Shown here piece by piece: positions 9,416 through 19,828 of a stretch of DNA of 64,000 nt. Numbering within the stretch: position 1 is the first letter of the stretch; each line of letters starts with the position of its first letter. The stretch covers positions 62,001-126,000 of the IMG/VR virus record IMGVR_UViG_3300050120_000230, one strand, 5' to 3'. The position numbers were made by a program, and so were the translations under genes. Below the pieces are notes generated by a model that was not told the origin of the DNA, did not search any database, and saw only the letters and a program-made list of their open reading frames with translations.

Positions 9416-10174
9416 TTAGCCGTTGGCCTTCTTGGCACGGCTCGGTGTCGCACGCTTTGCAGACGCCTTGGCTTTCGCCTTCACGGGCGTCTTGGCTTCG
9501 GTCACTTGGACCTTGGCCGGAGGCGGCACGCGCTTGGGCTGCGGACGCAGATGCGGCGCGTGCTGATAGGCACGTTCACGCTTGTTGGCCGCGTCCTGTT
9601 CCAGCATTTGAGCTTCCATCAGCAGGCCGTTGGCGATGCCGATGTCGTTCTCACTGGCTTGAGCGTTGTGGTTCGACGTGTGGGGGTTGAACTTTTCCTG
9701 ATTCGCGAACGGATCGACCGGGGTCTTGTGCTGGCCGACCGGCGAGGTGCGCGGTTGAGACGGAGCGGTTGCCTTGGCCGACTTGGCTTCGTTCAGCGCG
9801 TCCACGGCCGCATATTCATCCGGCAGAACCTTGCCCATCGCTTGCAGGATTTGACGCAGAGCGAACGGGCGATTCGGTTCGGGGAACATGATGACGTTGT
9901 TCACCGGCACGGGGATCAGCAGACCAGCTTGGTGCAGGGATTGCAGAACGGTGTCGGTGGTGTCCGGCATCAGGCGGCGTGCGAGCACGTTGCCGAGATT
10001 GGGATCGCCTTGGCCTTCGGGGCTTTCGACGACGGACATGAGAGCCTGTTCCCAACGCGGGGGCAGGTTGTCGGTGGAAACCACGAGGGCGTGGTCTTCA
10101 CGGTCGGGGATTTGCATGAACACGACAACGATACGTTGGTCGGTGTTTGCAATACGAGCGAGGTGTCTTTTCAT
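9416..10174 (-). CDS. hypothetical phage protein with Lys/Ala-rich tail
   Basis: GGGAG RBS, biased codon usage, coupled to the next gene. Confidence 0.7.
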   Translation of the reverse strand: MKRHLARIANTDQRIVVVFMQIPDREDHALVVSTDNLPPRWEQALMSVVESPEGQGDPNLGNVLARRLMPDTTDTVLQSLHQAGLLIPVPVNNVIMFPEPNRPFALRQILQAMGKVLPDEYAAVDALNEAKSAKATAPSQPRTSPVGQHKTPVDPFANQEKFNPHTSNHNAQASENDIGIANGLLMEAQMLEQDAANKRERAYQHAPHLRPQPKRVPPPAKVQVTEAKTPVKAKAKASAKRATPSRAKKANG

Positions 10175-10201
10175 TTGGTCTCCCAGAGGGGTAATGGGCC
10201 G

Positions 10202-10456
10202 TTAAGCCGCTGCTTCTTCTTCAGCAGGAGCTTCGGCGACCGGCGGGGCGGAATTGGCTTCGGCGAAGTCGAGGAATGCGGCGATCTTTGCGCGCACGGC
10301 CCGAACTTGTTCGATGGTGTTCCAGCCCTTGAAGGCGCCCTGCTCGCACGCGAAGTCGATGATCTTCAGGGCATTGGTGATGTCTTGGAGACCAAGGGTC
10401 GGGTCTTCGGTAGTAGTTTCCGAGGTGTATTCGACCGTTTCGGTTGCGTCAGTCAT
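10202..10456 (-). CDS. small acidic hypothetical protein
   Basis: AGGAG RBS; LQDI..ALKIIDFACEQGAFKG motif. Confidence 0.7.
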   Translation of the reverse strand: MTDATETVEYTSETTTEDPTLGLQDITNALKIIDFACEQGAFKGWNTIEQVRAVRAKIAAFLDFAEANSAPPVAEAPAEEEAAA

Positions 10457-10636
10457 CTTAGAGAAATCTCCTAAAAGAATGTAATATGCTCAACGTATAT
10501 GGTTAACAGAGAGCAAGTCAAAATAAATCGTTGCCTTTCAACAGCAACGACTCAAGAAATAGTTAGGTAATGGTGGGTGAGAACTTGATGATAACGCCAT
10601 AATAGAGGGCGTTTTCTAGGAAATCCAAAAGAAACG

Positions 10637-11230
10637 TTAGGATTTCCACCCAGAGCAAACGTCGGTCCTATGCACTCTACGCAAATACGTCGATTTGCCG
10701 GTGATATTGCATGGCATGATACCGCGCCTGTATTCTTCTCTGGTCGCAATATGCGTTCGCGAGAACTTACAGGTGTGGCAAATACGAGGGACATCGACCT
10801 TGATTTCTTGGTCTCCGCTAAGAAGAAGAGCGTAATCGCCTTTGGCGTGGCCGACGAGGATCAAACCATCTTCATGCTCGATCACGGCCCAACTATGGGC
10901 GGCGAGATTTGCGGCTTGGTAGCGATTGTGCGTGCCGAGTTTCGACATCGCATTTTCCCACTGTTCCTTCGACAGTTCTCCGGGGCCTGAAACCACCGGG
11001 AGCGACGCCATGAACTCTGCCTTGGCCGCCCAATCGGTGCGGTTCTTGGCGGCTTGGGTCTTCGCCGAATCAATCGCGGCTTCGAGTGTCTCGCCATCGG
11101 ACATGCCATATTTGGCATCTTCGTCGGCTTCACGCAGTTCAATCAATCGCGGACGCATTTCGCTGCGCTCCGCGACTTCACGAGTCTCTACGACTTCGTC
11201 CGTGAGCTGATTGATGATCGCGCAGAACAT
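10637..11230 (-). CDS. hypothetical early protein with Cys-rich C-terminus
   Basis: AGGAG RBS; conserved promoter at 11254-11281. Confidence 0.7.
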   Translation of the reverse strand: MFCAIINQLTDEVVETREVAERSEMRPRLIELREADEDAKYGMSDGETLEAAIDSAKTQAAKNRTDWAAKAEFMASLPVVSGPGELSKEQWENAMSKLGTHNRYQAANLAAHSWAVIEHEDGLILVGHAKGDYALLLSGDQEIKVDVPRICHTCKFSRTHIATREEYRRGIMPCNITGKSTYLRRVHRTDVCSGWKS

Positions 11231-11253
11231 TGGGACTCCTAAATGCGATCTTT

Positions 11254-11281
11254 AGTTTCTCACGTAAGTCGATTTCGTCAA
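11254..11281 (-). promoter_or_regulatory. early-type promoter TTGACG-N11-CGTGA-GAAACT
   Basis: reverse-complement copy of the recurrent motif. Confidence 0.75.
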
Positions 11282-11309
11282 CCAAAAGAAACGGCTTGAG
11301 AGTTTCCCC

Positions 11310-11912
11310 TCAAGCCGCCGCTAGTTGTTCAAACGTGACCGAACCGTTTTTGGACTTGCCACGACGCTTCGGCTTGATGAGGATGTTCTCCTCGGGCCAC
11401 ATCAAATGTTCCACCCACGAGTGGTGCGGAACCGCGAGCGGGAACTCGCGGCGCCTTGCGACCATCTCGTAGTAGGACGGCCGATGGGGCTTGATCTTCG
11501 GTTGAATACGGAAGTCGCAGCCCTTACGGCTGTTACAATCGTAGCAGGCCGAAGTGAGGTTTTCCCAAGTCGAGCGCCCGCCGAAGGTCTTCGGCGTGAC
11601 GTGGTCGAGATTCAGGTCATCCTCGTGGAACTGGCCCTGACAGTAGGCACAGCGATAGCGGTCCCTCAGCTTGATGTTGTCCGGGCTCAATTGGACACCG
11701 AGAGACGGGCGGATGTAGCGGGTGGTCATAACGACCGCCGGAACCTGCATCTCCATGCTCGGGCTATGCACGACCCAGTCTTCGTAGGTCGCGAGCACGT
11801 TCACGGATTGAAGCCAGATGGCCTTGACCGCGTCTTGCCAGATGAGAGAGGAAACCGGAAGGACGCTCACAGGCAGTCCATCGGCGTTGAGAACCAGAGT
11901 ATCACCAACCAT
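11310..11912 (-). CDS. HNH endonuclease (McrA-like)
   Basis: TLVLNADG N-terminus; RDRYRCAYC...LDHVTPK..GG.STWEN..SACYDCNSRK; AGGAG RBS before the ATG at 11912. Confidence 0.9.
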   Translation of the reverse strand: MVGDTLVLNADGLPVSVLPVSSLIWQDAVKAIWLQSVNVLATYEDWVVHSPSMEMQVPAVVMTTRYIRPSLGVQLSPDNIKLRDRYRCAYCQGQFHEDDLNLDHVTPKTFGGRSTWENLTSACYDCNSRKGCDFRIQPKIKPHRPSYYEMVARRREFPLAVPHHSWVEHLMWPEENILIKPKRRGKSKNGSVTFEQLAAA

Positions 11913-11979
11913 TTTTCTCTCTCCTTTCTTCAGTGTCTTTTCGGGATATTTATTCCCGAAAAACCCACTGTTTCGGGAG

Positions 11980-13197
11980 CTAGTGCTTGGTGAAGTTCTC
12001 CATTTTGAGACCTTCGGGGGTGAAGCGCAGATCGACGGATGAAAGATAACCACCCTTGCCAGACCCGGTATCAAGGAAGACGGCTCGGCCGCCTTGCTCG
12101 TTGGTCTGTGTAATCGGGGCGACATACGAGCGTGCGTCATGGCCCACGAACACGGTTGTGTTCGATGGCACTGCTTCAACCCAATTGTAGGTCCGGCGCG
12201 GACGATCCGTCGCCGTGAAAGGGGTGGGCGACGGTTCGAACTCACCGAACAAGGAAAAGTTTTCCATGCTCTTGTGATCCTGTGCTGCGGTCCACCACGA
12301 GGGATGGATGGCGGCATGTGTGAATACGTAGTTATCTAAAGTGAGTGTCAGCGCGGAACGGGCAACCAAACCACGGAACCGAGCCATCCAGCGATCCCTA
12401 CGAGGATTGCCGAGATTGCTCAACGCAGTTGTGGTGACCTTATTGCCTTCACTCAAACGCATCATATGCCTGCCGCGTTCGGTTTGGTCAATCCATCGAG
12501 CGATTTTTCTCTCGTGGTTACCCACAATGAGTTCGCCGTGGCCCCGCATTACTGTCCGATAGACTTCGTCCGCGCATTCGAGCGAACCCGGTCCATAGTC
12601 AACAACGTCACCCAAGAAAATAATAAAGTGACGACGCAAACGAGCCCAATCGATGGCGGCCAACAGAGAATGGTGCATCCCATGAATGTCACCGATGACG
12701 GTGATACCTTGGAACTTCCGCGCCAAAACATTCACTTCATTGTTGGCCAGCTTCGTAACTGGTTCGAGACTGCTGGTTCGTAGATCGATGACTTCGGCCA
12801 CTCCATCACCGCGCAAGATATCTCGCTCGGCTGAAAGGAACCGTTGCCGCAATTGCGGATCAGCGGCAGAATTGTCGCAAACCAGATAAAAGACCGGAAC
12901 CCCGGCTGCCAACCCGATATTGGCCAGCGCGACACGCCCGTCTCGTCTCAGGTTGGCGGCGTTGACGATTACGCGCTCCCCAAGCTTCAGTTTAGTTTCG
13001 ACCCGCCGATGGATTTCAGAGAAGACAACCCCGTCGATGTCTCGACGATATGTGTCTCCGCTCAGTTCAAAGCGAACGGCATCTGCACTGATGATTTCGT
13101 AGGCCGGGAAATAAGAAGCCAACTTCTCTTCATTTTCAGAAGGCGTAGGGCCGACTGTAATAACGAGACAGTGCAGGGGAACTAGTTTGTTCATCAT
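11980..13197 (-). CDS. polynucleotide kinase/phosphatase-like protein (kinase-like plus metallophosphoesterase, no ligase domain)
   Basis: GDIHG, GDVVDYG, GNHE, VGH, DTG phosphoesterase motifs; N-terminal domain has Pnkp kinase layout with a degenerate P-loop. Confidence 0.8.
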   Translation of the reverse strand: MMNKLVPLHCLVITVGPTPSENEEKLASYFPAYEIISADAVRFELSGDTYRRDIDGVVFSEIHRRVETKLKLGERVIVNAANLRRDGRVALANIGLAAGVPVFYLVCDNSAADPQLRQRFLSAERDILRGDGVAEVIDLRTSSLEPVTKLANNEVNVLARKFQGITVIGDIHGMHHSLLAAIDWARLRRHFIIFLGDVVDYGPGSLECADEVYRTVMRGHGELIVGNHERKIARWIDQTERGRHMMRLSEGNKVTTTALSNLGNPRRDRWMARFRGLVARSALTLTLDNYVFTHAAIHPSWWTAAQDHKSMENFSLFGEFEPSPTPFTATDRPRRTYNWVEAVPSNTTVFVGHDARSYVAPITQTNEQGGRAVFLDTGSGKGGYLSSVDLRFTPEGLKMENFTKH

Positions 13198-13272
13198 TGC
13201 ACTCTATATACTGTGCGACTCCACGTCAAAATTGTTGTGTAAGAAACGGCACAGTCATGCTAGGGTAAGATC

Positions 13273-13917
13273 ATGAAAGATTATGCCATTTACCTCGACC
13301 TTGACGGGGTCCTCGCTGACTATGATGGAGGTTTCCGTAGGGACCACCCGACCTTCAAGATCGACCCATCTCTGAACCGATCATCTCATCTCTTGCCGGG
13401 CTCCGGCTCCGAGCGCAAACGCGCAGCCTATGAACTCATCAAGGGCACGACGTTCTACGCCAATCTGCCCCTGATGCCCGGTGCGGAGAAACTCTACAAC
13501 TTCGTGCGTGACTCGCGGCCGATCATTCTGACGGCGGCTCCGAAATTCGGGGCCGGAGAAGAAGAATTCCACATCAATCCACATTGGCTGGGCGCCGCTT
13601 TCCACAAACGGAACTGGGTTGAGACCGTCTTCCTCCCCGCCGCCTCGTATGAACGGGCGTCTCTTTGGGGCAAGATTCTGACAAACATGACCTTCGACCA
13701 GCAAACCTCCCCGCGCCCTCGTATCCGTCTCGCCGATGATCGGTTCATCTGCACGTCCAGCGCGCGCAAGTTCCAATTCATGCATCGTAAAAAGTCGGAG
13801 CACCAGATTTTGGTTGACGACCGGCCCGATAACATCGAAGCTTGGAGGAACGCCGGTGGGATCGGAATCCTACATACGAGCGTCGATGACAGTATTGAGC
13901 AACTGAAGGCGCTGTGA
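13273..13917 (+). CDS. HAD-family 5'(3')-deoxyribonucleotidase
   Basis: YLDLDGVLAD, ILT, LVDD...NIEAW..AGGIGI. Confidence 0.85.
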   Translation: MKDYAIYLDLDGVLADYDGGFRRDHPTFKIDPSLNRSSHLLPGSGSERKRAAYELIKGTTFYANLPLMPGAEKLYNFVRDSRPIILTAAPKFGAGEEEFHINPHWLGAAFHKRNWVETVFLPAASYERASLWGKILTNMTFDQQTSPRPRIRLADDRFICTSSARKFQFMHRKKSEHQILVDDRPDNIEAWRNAGGIGILHTSVDDSIEQLKAL

Positions 13918-14249
13918 TTATGGAACTTAACGCCCAAACTCAGGTCCAAGCGAAGCAATTCGCGTCGAAGCTGCGTGCAATTCTCAACAAGATCGAGAAC
14001 GGCGGCTTTCAGATCGACGGGACCGGAGATACTCTCCGGGCGTTCGTCGGCATGACCGTGACGACTCTGGGCACCGATGCCTATGAAGAGGCTCGCGAAG
14101 CCATCGAGGCCGCCGTGGGCGAACAAGCGCAAGTCGTGGCCCTGATGAAATCCATCGTGGCCCGGATCGATGGTCTCAACTCCATGAACGATCATACTCT
14201 CAGCCTTGCCGAAAAACTCGGCATTACCGGCGGGATCAAGTGGGTCTAA
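13914..14249 (+). CDS. hypothetical protein
   Basis: coupled to the upstream gene. Confidence 0.55.
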   Translation: MIMELNAQTQVQAKQFASKLRAILNKIENGGFQIDGTGDTLRAFVGMTVTTLGTDAYEEAREAIEAAVGEQAQVVALMKSIVARIDGLNSMNDHTLSLAEKLGITGGIKWV

Positions 14250-14265
14250 TACTCACCGATTATCG

Positions 14266-14293
14266 TTGACCACCTCAGTATTCGTGAGAAACT
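14266..14293 (+). promoter_or_regulatory. early-type promoter TTGACC-N11-CGTGA-GAAACT
   Basis: recurrent motif with identical spacing. Confidence 0.75.
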
Positions 14294-14325
14294 ACCTTAT
14301 CGACCGCTGATAGGGAGTTCTTCGC

Positions 14326-14712
14326 ATGACTGACAAGGCCCGCGCTGAGATCGTTGCCGGAGTCATCTACGAACAACTCGGTGGCTCGAAATTCATCGCC
14401 ATGACCGGCGCCAAGAACCTGATCTTCGGGACCGATGGTCTCGGCTCGCTGTCGTTCAGCATCGGCCGCAACAGCAGCAAGGCCAACCGGGTCAAGATCA
14501 CGCTGGCGGGCAGCGATACCTACACCGTTCGTTTCTCCCGCTTCACGGCGCCGAAGGTGACCAAGATGTTCAATGACGCCGGTGAAATGCTCGGCGTCGA
14601 TGTCGTCATGGACACCGACAAGGAACTGAAGCTGATCGACGGCGTCTACGCCAACATGCTGCGCGAGGTGTTCACCGGGTTCACCGGCCTCTACACCAGC
14701 CTGCGAGGCTAA
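14326..14712 (+). CDS. hypothetical early phage protein
   Basis: GGGAG RBS, strong codon bias, QLGG.KFIAMTGAK motif. Confidence 0.75.
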   Translation: MTDKARAEIVAGVIYEQLGGSKFIAMTGAKNLIFGTDGLGSLSFSIGRNSSKANRVKITLAGSDTYTVRFSRFTAPKVTKMFNDAGEMLGVDVVMDTDKELKLIDGVYANMLREVFTGFTGLYTSLRG

Positions 14713-14716
14713 TATC

Positions 14717-15214
14717 TTGAGGCACATCGCCCACGAACCACCGTTGGAAAACGTCTATCCAGAGTTCTGGAAGATGAACGATACCGCGCGCGCCGCGCTG
14801 CTGTCGTCGAACGACCTTCAATGGATAATGACGTGTATCTCGCGTGACTTGCGGATGACGTTCGATATCGGCAAGAGCGACCAGTGGAACGGGCTGGCGT
14901 GGTCCAACACACTCCTGCATGAAGGCAAGGACGACTTCACCAGTGGGTGGACCTTCGCACTGCATCTGCGGATGAAAGACCCGCTGACGCCAGCGATCCT
15001 TCGAGAACATCTTCTGCTCAGCCGAGTCCATGTCGGGCAGGGCGAGCATCGCATGAGCGGGCTCGATAACAACGGTCGAAATATTGTGCTACGGTGCTAC
15101 CTACTGGCCGACGATTTCGCCACGCTGATGTTTTGGAGGAAAAGCATCGGCATGGATACCGAACCCGGCCCGACGCACAGCCGTCCGCCAAAGAACATTG
15201 TCAGTCGAGTCTAG
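14717..15214 (+). CDS. hypothetical protein
   Basis: ORF in a co-directional string; start uncertain. Confidence 0.55.
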   Translation: MRHIAHEPPLENVYPEFWKMNDTARAALLSSNDLQWIMTCISRDLRMTFDIGKSDQWNGLAWSNTLLHEGKDDFTSGWTFALHLRMKDPLTPAILREHLLLSRVHVGQGEHRMSGLDNNGRNIVLRCYLLADDFATLMFWRKSIGMDTEPGPTHSRPPKNIVSRV

Positions 15215-15223
15215 GGGGAAGAA

Positions 15224-15622
15224 ATGATAAACGCAGCAGCAGTTCGCAGCCTGATGGGAGAAGTGCTGAGTGAACACGGCCTTCTCGTGCAAGGCTTTGC
15301 TCACACCTACGGAATCGACGTTGCCCTGCTTGCGCGAGATGAAGAACTCGTTCGTAGCTGGGTCGCCGATCTTCCCGGTGAGTTTCTCTTCGAAGGAGGC
15401 GGTGGCTGGTCGGCCCTCAACCTCTGTCAGAACAAAGATGGGTCCATGTGGACCGGAGCCCAGATGACGACAGAGACACTCTTCGTCTTGGCATCGGCGC
15501 TCGGCATGGCCAAGTTTTTGGCGCCAAAGGAAATGTGGTCATCGCTGCCGGGTGGGATGCCCTACGTGGTCTTCACGTTGACTGGGTTTCCCGCGACGGC
15601 AGATCAAACCGTCGAAGCTTGA
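15224..15622 (+). CDS. hypothetical protein
   Basis: AGGGGG RBS; GGGGWSALNLC...MWTG motif. Confidence 0.7.
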   Translation: MINAAAVRSLMGEVLSEHGLLVQGFAHTYGIDVALLARDEELVRSWVADLPGEFLFEGGGGWSALNLCQNKDGSMWTGAQMTTETLFVLASALGMAKFLAPKEMWSSLPGGMPYVVFTLTGFPATADQTVEA

Positions 15623-15751
15623 GATCGGCCAATCCACTTTCGCGCTTCATCTCGTTTCGAAACTTGTTACGATTCGAGCGAGCACGAACGACTTCGGGTT
15701 CCTCCAACGGAGGGAGAGCCCACGGATAGGGTTTATTCCACGGTTGCTTGG

Positions 15752-16015
15752 TCATTTTTCAATTTCCGGCAGGTTTAGTTTCAGAATGCGGACGTGGTCC
15801 ATCACTTCGTCCATGTTTTTCTGCATACCCTTGAGGACCGATTCGAGAGTAAGAAGTTCGAACTTCAGGAGTTCGTTGACTCCTCGCAGCGTGGCGCGAT
15901 CTGTTTTCAGATCGGCGATTTCTTGGTCTTTCTCAGCGAGCGCAGCTTCATGCTTGCGCTGAAGTCGAGTCAGAGGCGTATCAATCCTGTTCTGGGTCAC
16001 CTTGGCTCCATTCAC
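15752..16015 (-). CDS. coiled-coil hypothetical protein
   Basis: heptad pattern; overlapping gene string. Confidence 0.55.
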   Translation of the reverse strand: MNGAKVTQNRIDTPLTRLQRKHEAALAEKDQEIADLKTDRATLRGVNELLKFELLTLESVLKGMQKNMDEVMDHVRILKLNLPEIEK

Positions 16016-16394
16016 TCATTTGTGTTTTGAAATTGAACACATCAATCCAAGACGACAGGCCGATGAAAACGTGGCCATTCTCTCGCGGCCATAGTCGAGA
16101 TGCCCGCCATGGCCCGGTTAGATTGGCGTGACACCATTCACCGATTTCATCGACAAACTCGCAGGTTTCGAGAGTTCTGAATTCGGGATTGCTTGCACGA
16201 TCCTGCGTGCACATGCGAAGCCAAGTCTTGTAATTCAGATAGACGTATCCGGGCGGGATGGTGACCCGCAGCGAGAACGGCTCGATATGCGATAGGACCA
16301 GCGGCCCCTTCCGACGAAGCACAACCACAGGCTTGGGAGCCTTCGCCACCTTGGGCGGGAACTCATCGGAAGGGAGACGCCTGAACGGATGCAT
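15981..16394 (-). CDS. hypothetical protein (distant FKxxW-like family)
   Basis: IGEWCHANLTGPW...DVFNFK; TGATG coupling. Confidence 0.55.
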   Translation of the reverse strand: MHPFRRLPSDEFPPKVAKAPKPVVVLRRKGPLVLSHIEPFSLRVTIPPGYVYLNYKTWLRMCTQDRASNPEFRTLETCEFVDEIGEWCHANLTGPWRASRLWPRENGHVFIGLSSWIDVFNFKTQMSEWSQGDPEQD

Positions 16395-16750
16395 CAGGCT
16401 GTCGCGGCCACCTTGGGACGCGGCCTACGCCCACGCCGCTTGCCTTGGGCGATCATTCCACCGGTCTCGTTGATCCCGTAGATGCCGCCCAGACGATCCA
16501 GAGGCATACCGTCCACCGCGACCACGTCGTGGGACTTCAGGGTGCGCTTCTGGCCGTCCACGGTGGACAGGGTTTCGAAAATGACCGTGTTGCTGGCCTC
16601 TTGCACTCGCACCGATTGAATGAAGAATGTGCCCCGCGTGCGGGCAATGGCCCGGCCGGAGATGTCCACGCCCATGTAATAGGCGTCCAATTCGGTGTTC
16701 TGCTTGATGATTCCGGCTTCGATGAGTTTGCGGACGAGGGCAATATTCAT
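16394..16750 (-). CDS. hypothetical protein with basic C-terminus
   Basis: overlapping gene string; KRRGRRPR tail. Confidence 0.65.
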   Translation of the reverse strand: MNIALVRKLIEAGIIKQNTELDAYYMGVDISGRAIARTRGTFFIQSVRVQEASNTVIFETLSTVDGQKRTLKSHDVVAVDGMPLDRLGGIYGINETGGMIAQGKRRGRRPRPKVAATA

Positions 16751-17421
16751 TTAATATCTTTCTTCAACAATGCTTCAGTCTGACTCCGCACGTATTCGTA
16801 GAGAGCCATTTTCACGTAAAAAATGTCGTTTTCGTTCTTCAAATACAGTCTACGACGCTTCGAAAATGTGTAGAGATAGCGCCGGTCGTTCTTCTTGTTG
16901 TGGAATAGTTCGAGCACCCGTTCGTCTAGGTGATCGGCGAGAGCTTTTTCGTATTGCTCCTTGAACTCGATGCAGTAGCGATATTTGCCCCAAAACAAAC
17001 TGTCGCGAAGCAGGAGTTTATTGTTCTGAGAGAGCGCCGTGACCTGATCTAGGTTCTCCGGCCGGAACACATCTGTGATGTGCTTGCGGTTCTTCTCGAT
17101 GAAGTGTTTGGCAGCCTCCTGATCCTTGAAGAAGAAACTGAAGGTGTGGCCACCATTGTTCATCGAGCGCCAGCCGGATTTTTCCGGGCAATGCCGCATT
17201 CGGGCGTAATAAAACACCTTGCGGGCTTGTCTATGTTCCAGCCACGCTTGATAGATTCGTTTGTCTTCGACTGAGTTTCCACCCCAACAAACCTTGTCGG
17301 GACGCTTCAGGTCTTCGAATACCAGAACCTTGAAGGGATACTCGTTCCAGAAAATACGAGTGATTGGCTGATAGTTGATATTCTTGTGCTTGTCGAAATC
17401 GCCAACTAGGCTAGTCATCAA
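16747..17421 (-). CDS. hypothetical protein with internal duplication
   Basis: IFWNEYPFKV and LFWGKYRYCI repeated modules. Confidence 0.65.
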   Translation of the reverse strand: MMTSLVGDFDKHKNINYQPITRIFWNEYPFKVLVFEDLKRPDKVCWGGNSVEDKRIYQAWLEHRQARKVFYYARMRHCPEKSGWRSMNNGGHTFSFFFKDQEAAKHFIEKNRKHITDVFRPENLDQVTALSQNNKLLLRDSLFWGKYRYCIEFKEQYEKALADHLDERVLELFHNKKNDRRYLYTFSKRRRLYLKNENDIFYVKMALYEYVRSQTEALLKKDIK

Positions 17422-17500
17422 AATCTCTTAATGAAAAATGACAGCAACAGATCATGGTTAATGCCATGACCCTTAAAATAAGCACCTGAAATTGGTGCCG

Positions 17501-17539
17501 GTAGACAACCCCGAGGCCGTAATTGACCTCGGGGTCTAC
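17501..17539. terminator. hairpin downstream of clpA
   Basis: GTAGAC-AA-CCCCGAGG...CCTCGGGGTCTAC inverted repeat; no clear U-tract. Confidence 0.45.
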
Positions 17540-17551
17540 ATAGCAGTTCTG

Positions 17552-19816
17552 TTAGCTGCTGACCACGATTTTTTGGTCAACCACATCGATTTTCGCGACA
17601 CCAGAGACCTTCAGGTTCCCGGTCACCATGAGCCGAGAGAGCGGCTTCTTGATGTTGTCGTTGATGACGCGTTTCAGCGGGCGGGCGCCCATCTCTTCGT
17701 CGAAACCATTGGCGGCGAGCCATTCCCGAGCTTCCGACGACACGTCGAGGGTGACGTTGCGATGGCCGGTCATCTCGGCGAGTTGCCCGATGAACTTGTC
17801 CACGATCAGGAGGATGTGCTCACGCTTCAGACGGTCGAACTTCACGATGGCGTCGAGGCGGTTACGGAACTCCGGCGAGAACATGCGCTTGATGACCGGT
17901 TCGTCGGCATCCACGCTCTTCTGGGCTCCGAAGCCGATCTTGTTGCGAGCCAGTTCGGCCGCCCCGGCGTTGGAAGTCATGATGAGGATGACATTGCGGA
18001 ACGAAACCGTCTTGCCAGTGGACGAAGTCAGCTTCCCGTCGTCCATCACCTGAAGCAGGATATTGAACACGTCCGGGTGAGCCTTCTCGATCTCATCCAG
18101 CAGAAGGATGGAGTGCGGGTTGGTGTCCACGTCGTTGACCAGCTTGCCACCGCCAGCGTCGCCTTCACCGTAGCCGACGTAGCCCGGAGGCGCCCCGATC
18201 AGCTTGGCGACCGAATGCTTCTCCATGTATTCCGACATGTCATACTTGAGCAGCGGGATGCCGAGCGTTTCCGCAAGCGTTCGGGCGGCTTCCGTCTTAC
18301 CCACGCCGGTCGGGCCGGTGAACAGATAAGCGCCGGACGGGAGATTGGGCTCGCGCAGACCCGCGCGGGAAACGAACACCGCGTCAGTAAGCGCCGTCAG
18401 CGCCGAGTCTTGACCGATGACCTTCACCTTGAGATCGTCTTCGAGACGAGTGAGCTTTTCGGTCTCGTCTTCGGCAACTTCCCGAGCCGGGATGTGAGCG
18501 ACCTTGGCCACTTCCACTTCGATCTCGGCGACTTCGATGACCGTCTTGCGTTGATCGGCCGGGAGAATGCTTTGGCGGGCGCCCGCGTTGTCGATCACGT
18601 CAATCGCCTTGTCCGGCAATTGAGCGTTCGTCACGTAGCGCGTCGTCAGGTCCACCGCCGCGTCCAAAGCTTCATCCGTATAGGTGACGCCATGGAACGC
18701 TTCGTAGTTGCCCTTCAGGCCGCGCAGGATCAGCTTAGCGTCATCGGGCGACGGTTCATTGATGTCCACCTTCTTGAAGCGGCGCTTCAGAGCGCCGTCT
18801 TTTTCGAAGTGCTTGCGGTATTCTTCCTGTGTGGTCGAACCCATGCAGCGCAGGGTGCCCTTGGCCAGCGCGGGCTTCAGAAGGTTCGCCACGTCCAACG
18901 AACCTTGGCTACCGGAGCCAGCACCCATGACGGTGTGGATTTCGTCGATGAACAGAATGGCGCCGGGGATCATCTCGACAGCCTTGATGACTTGCTTCAT
19001 CCGCTCTTCGAAGTCGCCTCGGAAGCGAGTGCCTGCCACGAGGCTGCCGATGTCGAGCGAGAACACCTTGGACTCGGCGACCACGTCCGGCACTTCCTTG
19101 CGAACGATCTTGAGCGCCAGACCTTCGGCCAGCGCGGTCTTACCGACACCGGGTTCACCAACGAGGATCACGTTGTTCTTGGTGCGGCGGGCGATGATCT
19201 GAATGATCGTCATGATCTCGTCGGCGCGGCCGATCAGCGGATCGATCTTGGCGTCAGCGGCCTGCTTGTTCAAGTTCGGGGCGTATTGTTCGAGGAAAGC
19301 TTCTGCTTCCTCCGGCGTGCCCATCGGCACTTGTTGCTGCGGGCTATCGGCTCCGGCGTTTTCCCGCCGGTCAGCGCGCTTCGAGCCGTGAGAGAAATGT
19401 TTCTTCACCGCCAGCGGACTGACACCCATCTTCAGAAGAAGCGTAACCGCGAAATTGTCTTCGTGGGGCATTTCCAGCAGATGCAGGAACAGGTCTTGCG
19501 GGGTGGCCTTACCACGACCGGACATCGCCGCATAACCGACTGCGCGCGTGATGACTTCATCGAGACTTGCTGTGGGGCGCGGCTGGGTGAAGGTGATGGG
19601 ATAGGCGTCCGTGTCGAGATGCGCGCTGATCTCTTCGAGAACTTCCACCGCATCGACGTTCAGGGCGGCCAGTGTCGCGACCACTTCGACTCGCTCAAGA
19701 AGCGAAGCGAGAAGGTGTTCCATGGTCACATATTCGTGGCCCTTGAGACCGGCAAGCGCCTGTGCCCGGTAGATGGTTTCGACTGTGTTGTCATCGGGTC
19801 CGAGTTCATTCGACAT
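17552..19816 (-). CDS. clpA: ATP-dependent Clp protease ATP-binding subunit ClpA
   Basis: N-domain ([10 protein letters not shown]), two Walker A motifs ([16 protein letters not shown]), IGF ClpP-docking loop, no ClpB middle domain, GARPL. Confidence 0.93.
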   Translation of the reverse strand: MSNELGPDDNTVETIYRAQALAGLKGHEYVTMEHLLASLLERVEVVATLAALNVDAVEVLEEISAHLDTDAYPITFTQPRPTASLDEVITRAVGYAAMSGRGKATPQDLFLHLLEMPHEDNFAVTLLLKMGVSPLAVKKHFSHGSKRADRRENAGADSPQQQVPMGTPEEAEAFLEQYAPNLNKQAADAKIDPLIGRADEIMTIIQIIARRTKNNVILVGEPGVGKTALAEGLALKIVRKEVPDVVAESKVFSLDIGSLVAGTRFRGDFEERMKQVIKAVEMIPGAILFIDEIHTVMGAGSGSQGSLDVANLLKPALAKGTLRCMGSTTQEEYRKHFEKDGALKRRFKKVDINEPSPDDAKLILRGLKGNYEAFHGVTYTDEALDAAVDLTTRYVTNAQLPDKAIDVIDNAGARQSILPADQRKTVIEVAEIEVEVAKVAHIPAREVAEDETEKLTRLEDDLKVKVIGQDSALTALTDAVFVSRAGLREPNLPSGAYLFTGPTGVGKTEAARTLAETLGIPLLKYDMSEYMEKHSVAKLIGAPPGYVGYGEGDAGGGKLVNDVDTNPHSILLLDEIEKAHPDVFNILLQVMDDGKLTSSTGKTVSFRNVILIMTSNAGAAELARNKIGFGAQKSVDADEPVIKRMFSPEFRNRLDAIVKFDRLKREHILLIVDKFIGQLAEMTGHRNVTLDVSSEAREWLAANGFDEEMGARPLKRVINDNIKKPLSRLMVTGNLKVSGVAKIDVVDQKIVVSS

Positions 19817-19828
19817 AAAATGCTTCTT

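Noticed and set aside
11913-12317. N-terminal extension of the HNH ORF to 12317
   Set aside because: It overlaps the Pnkp-like gene in another frame; the RBS and family N-terminus support the ATG at 11912
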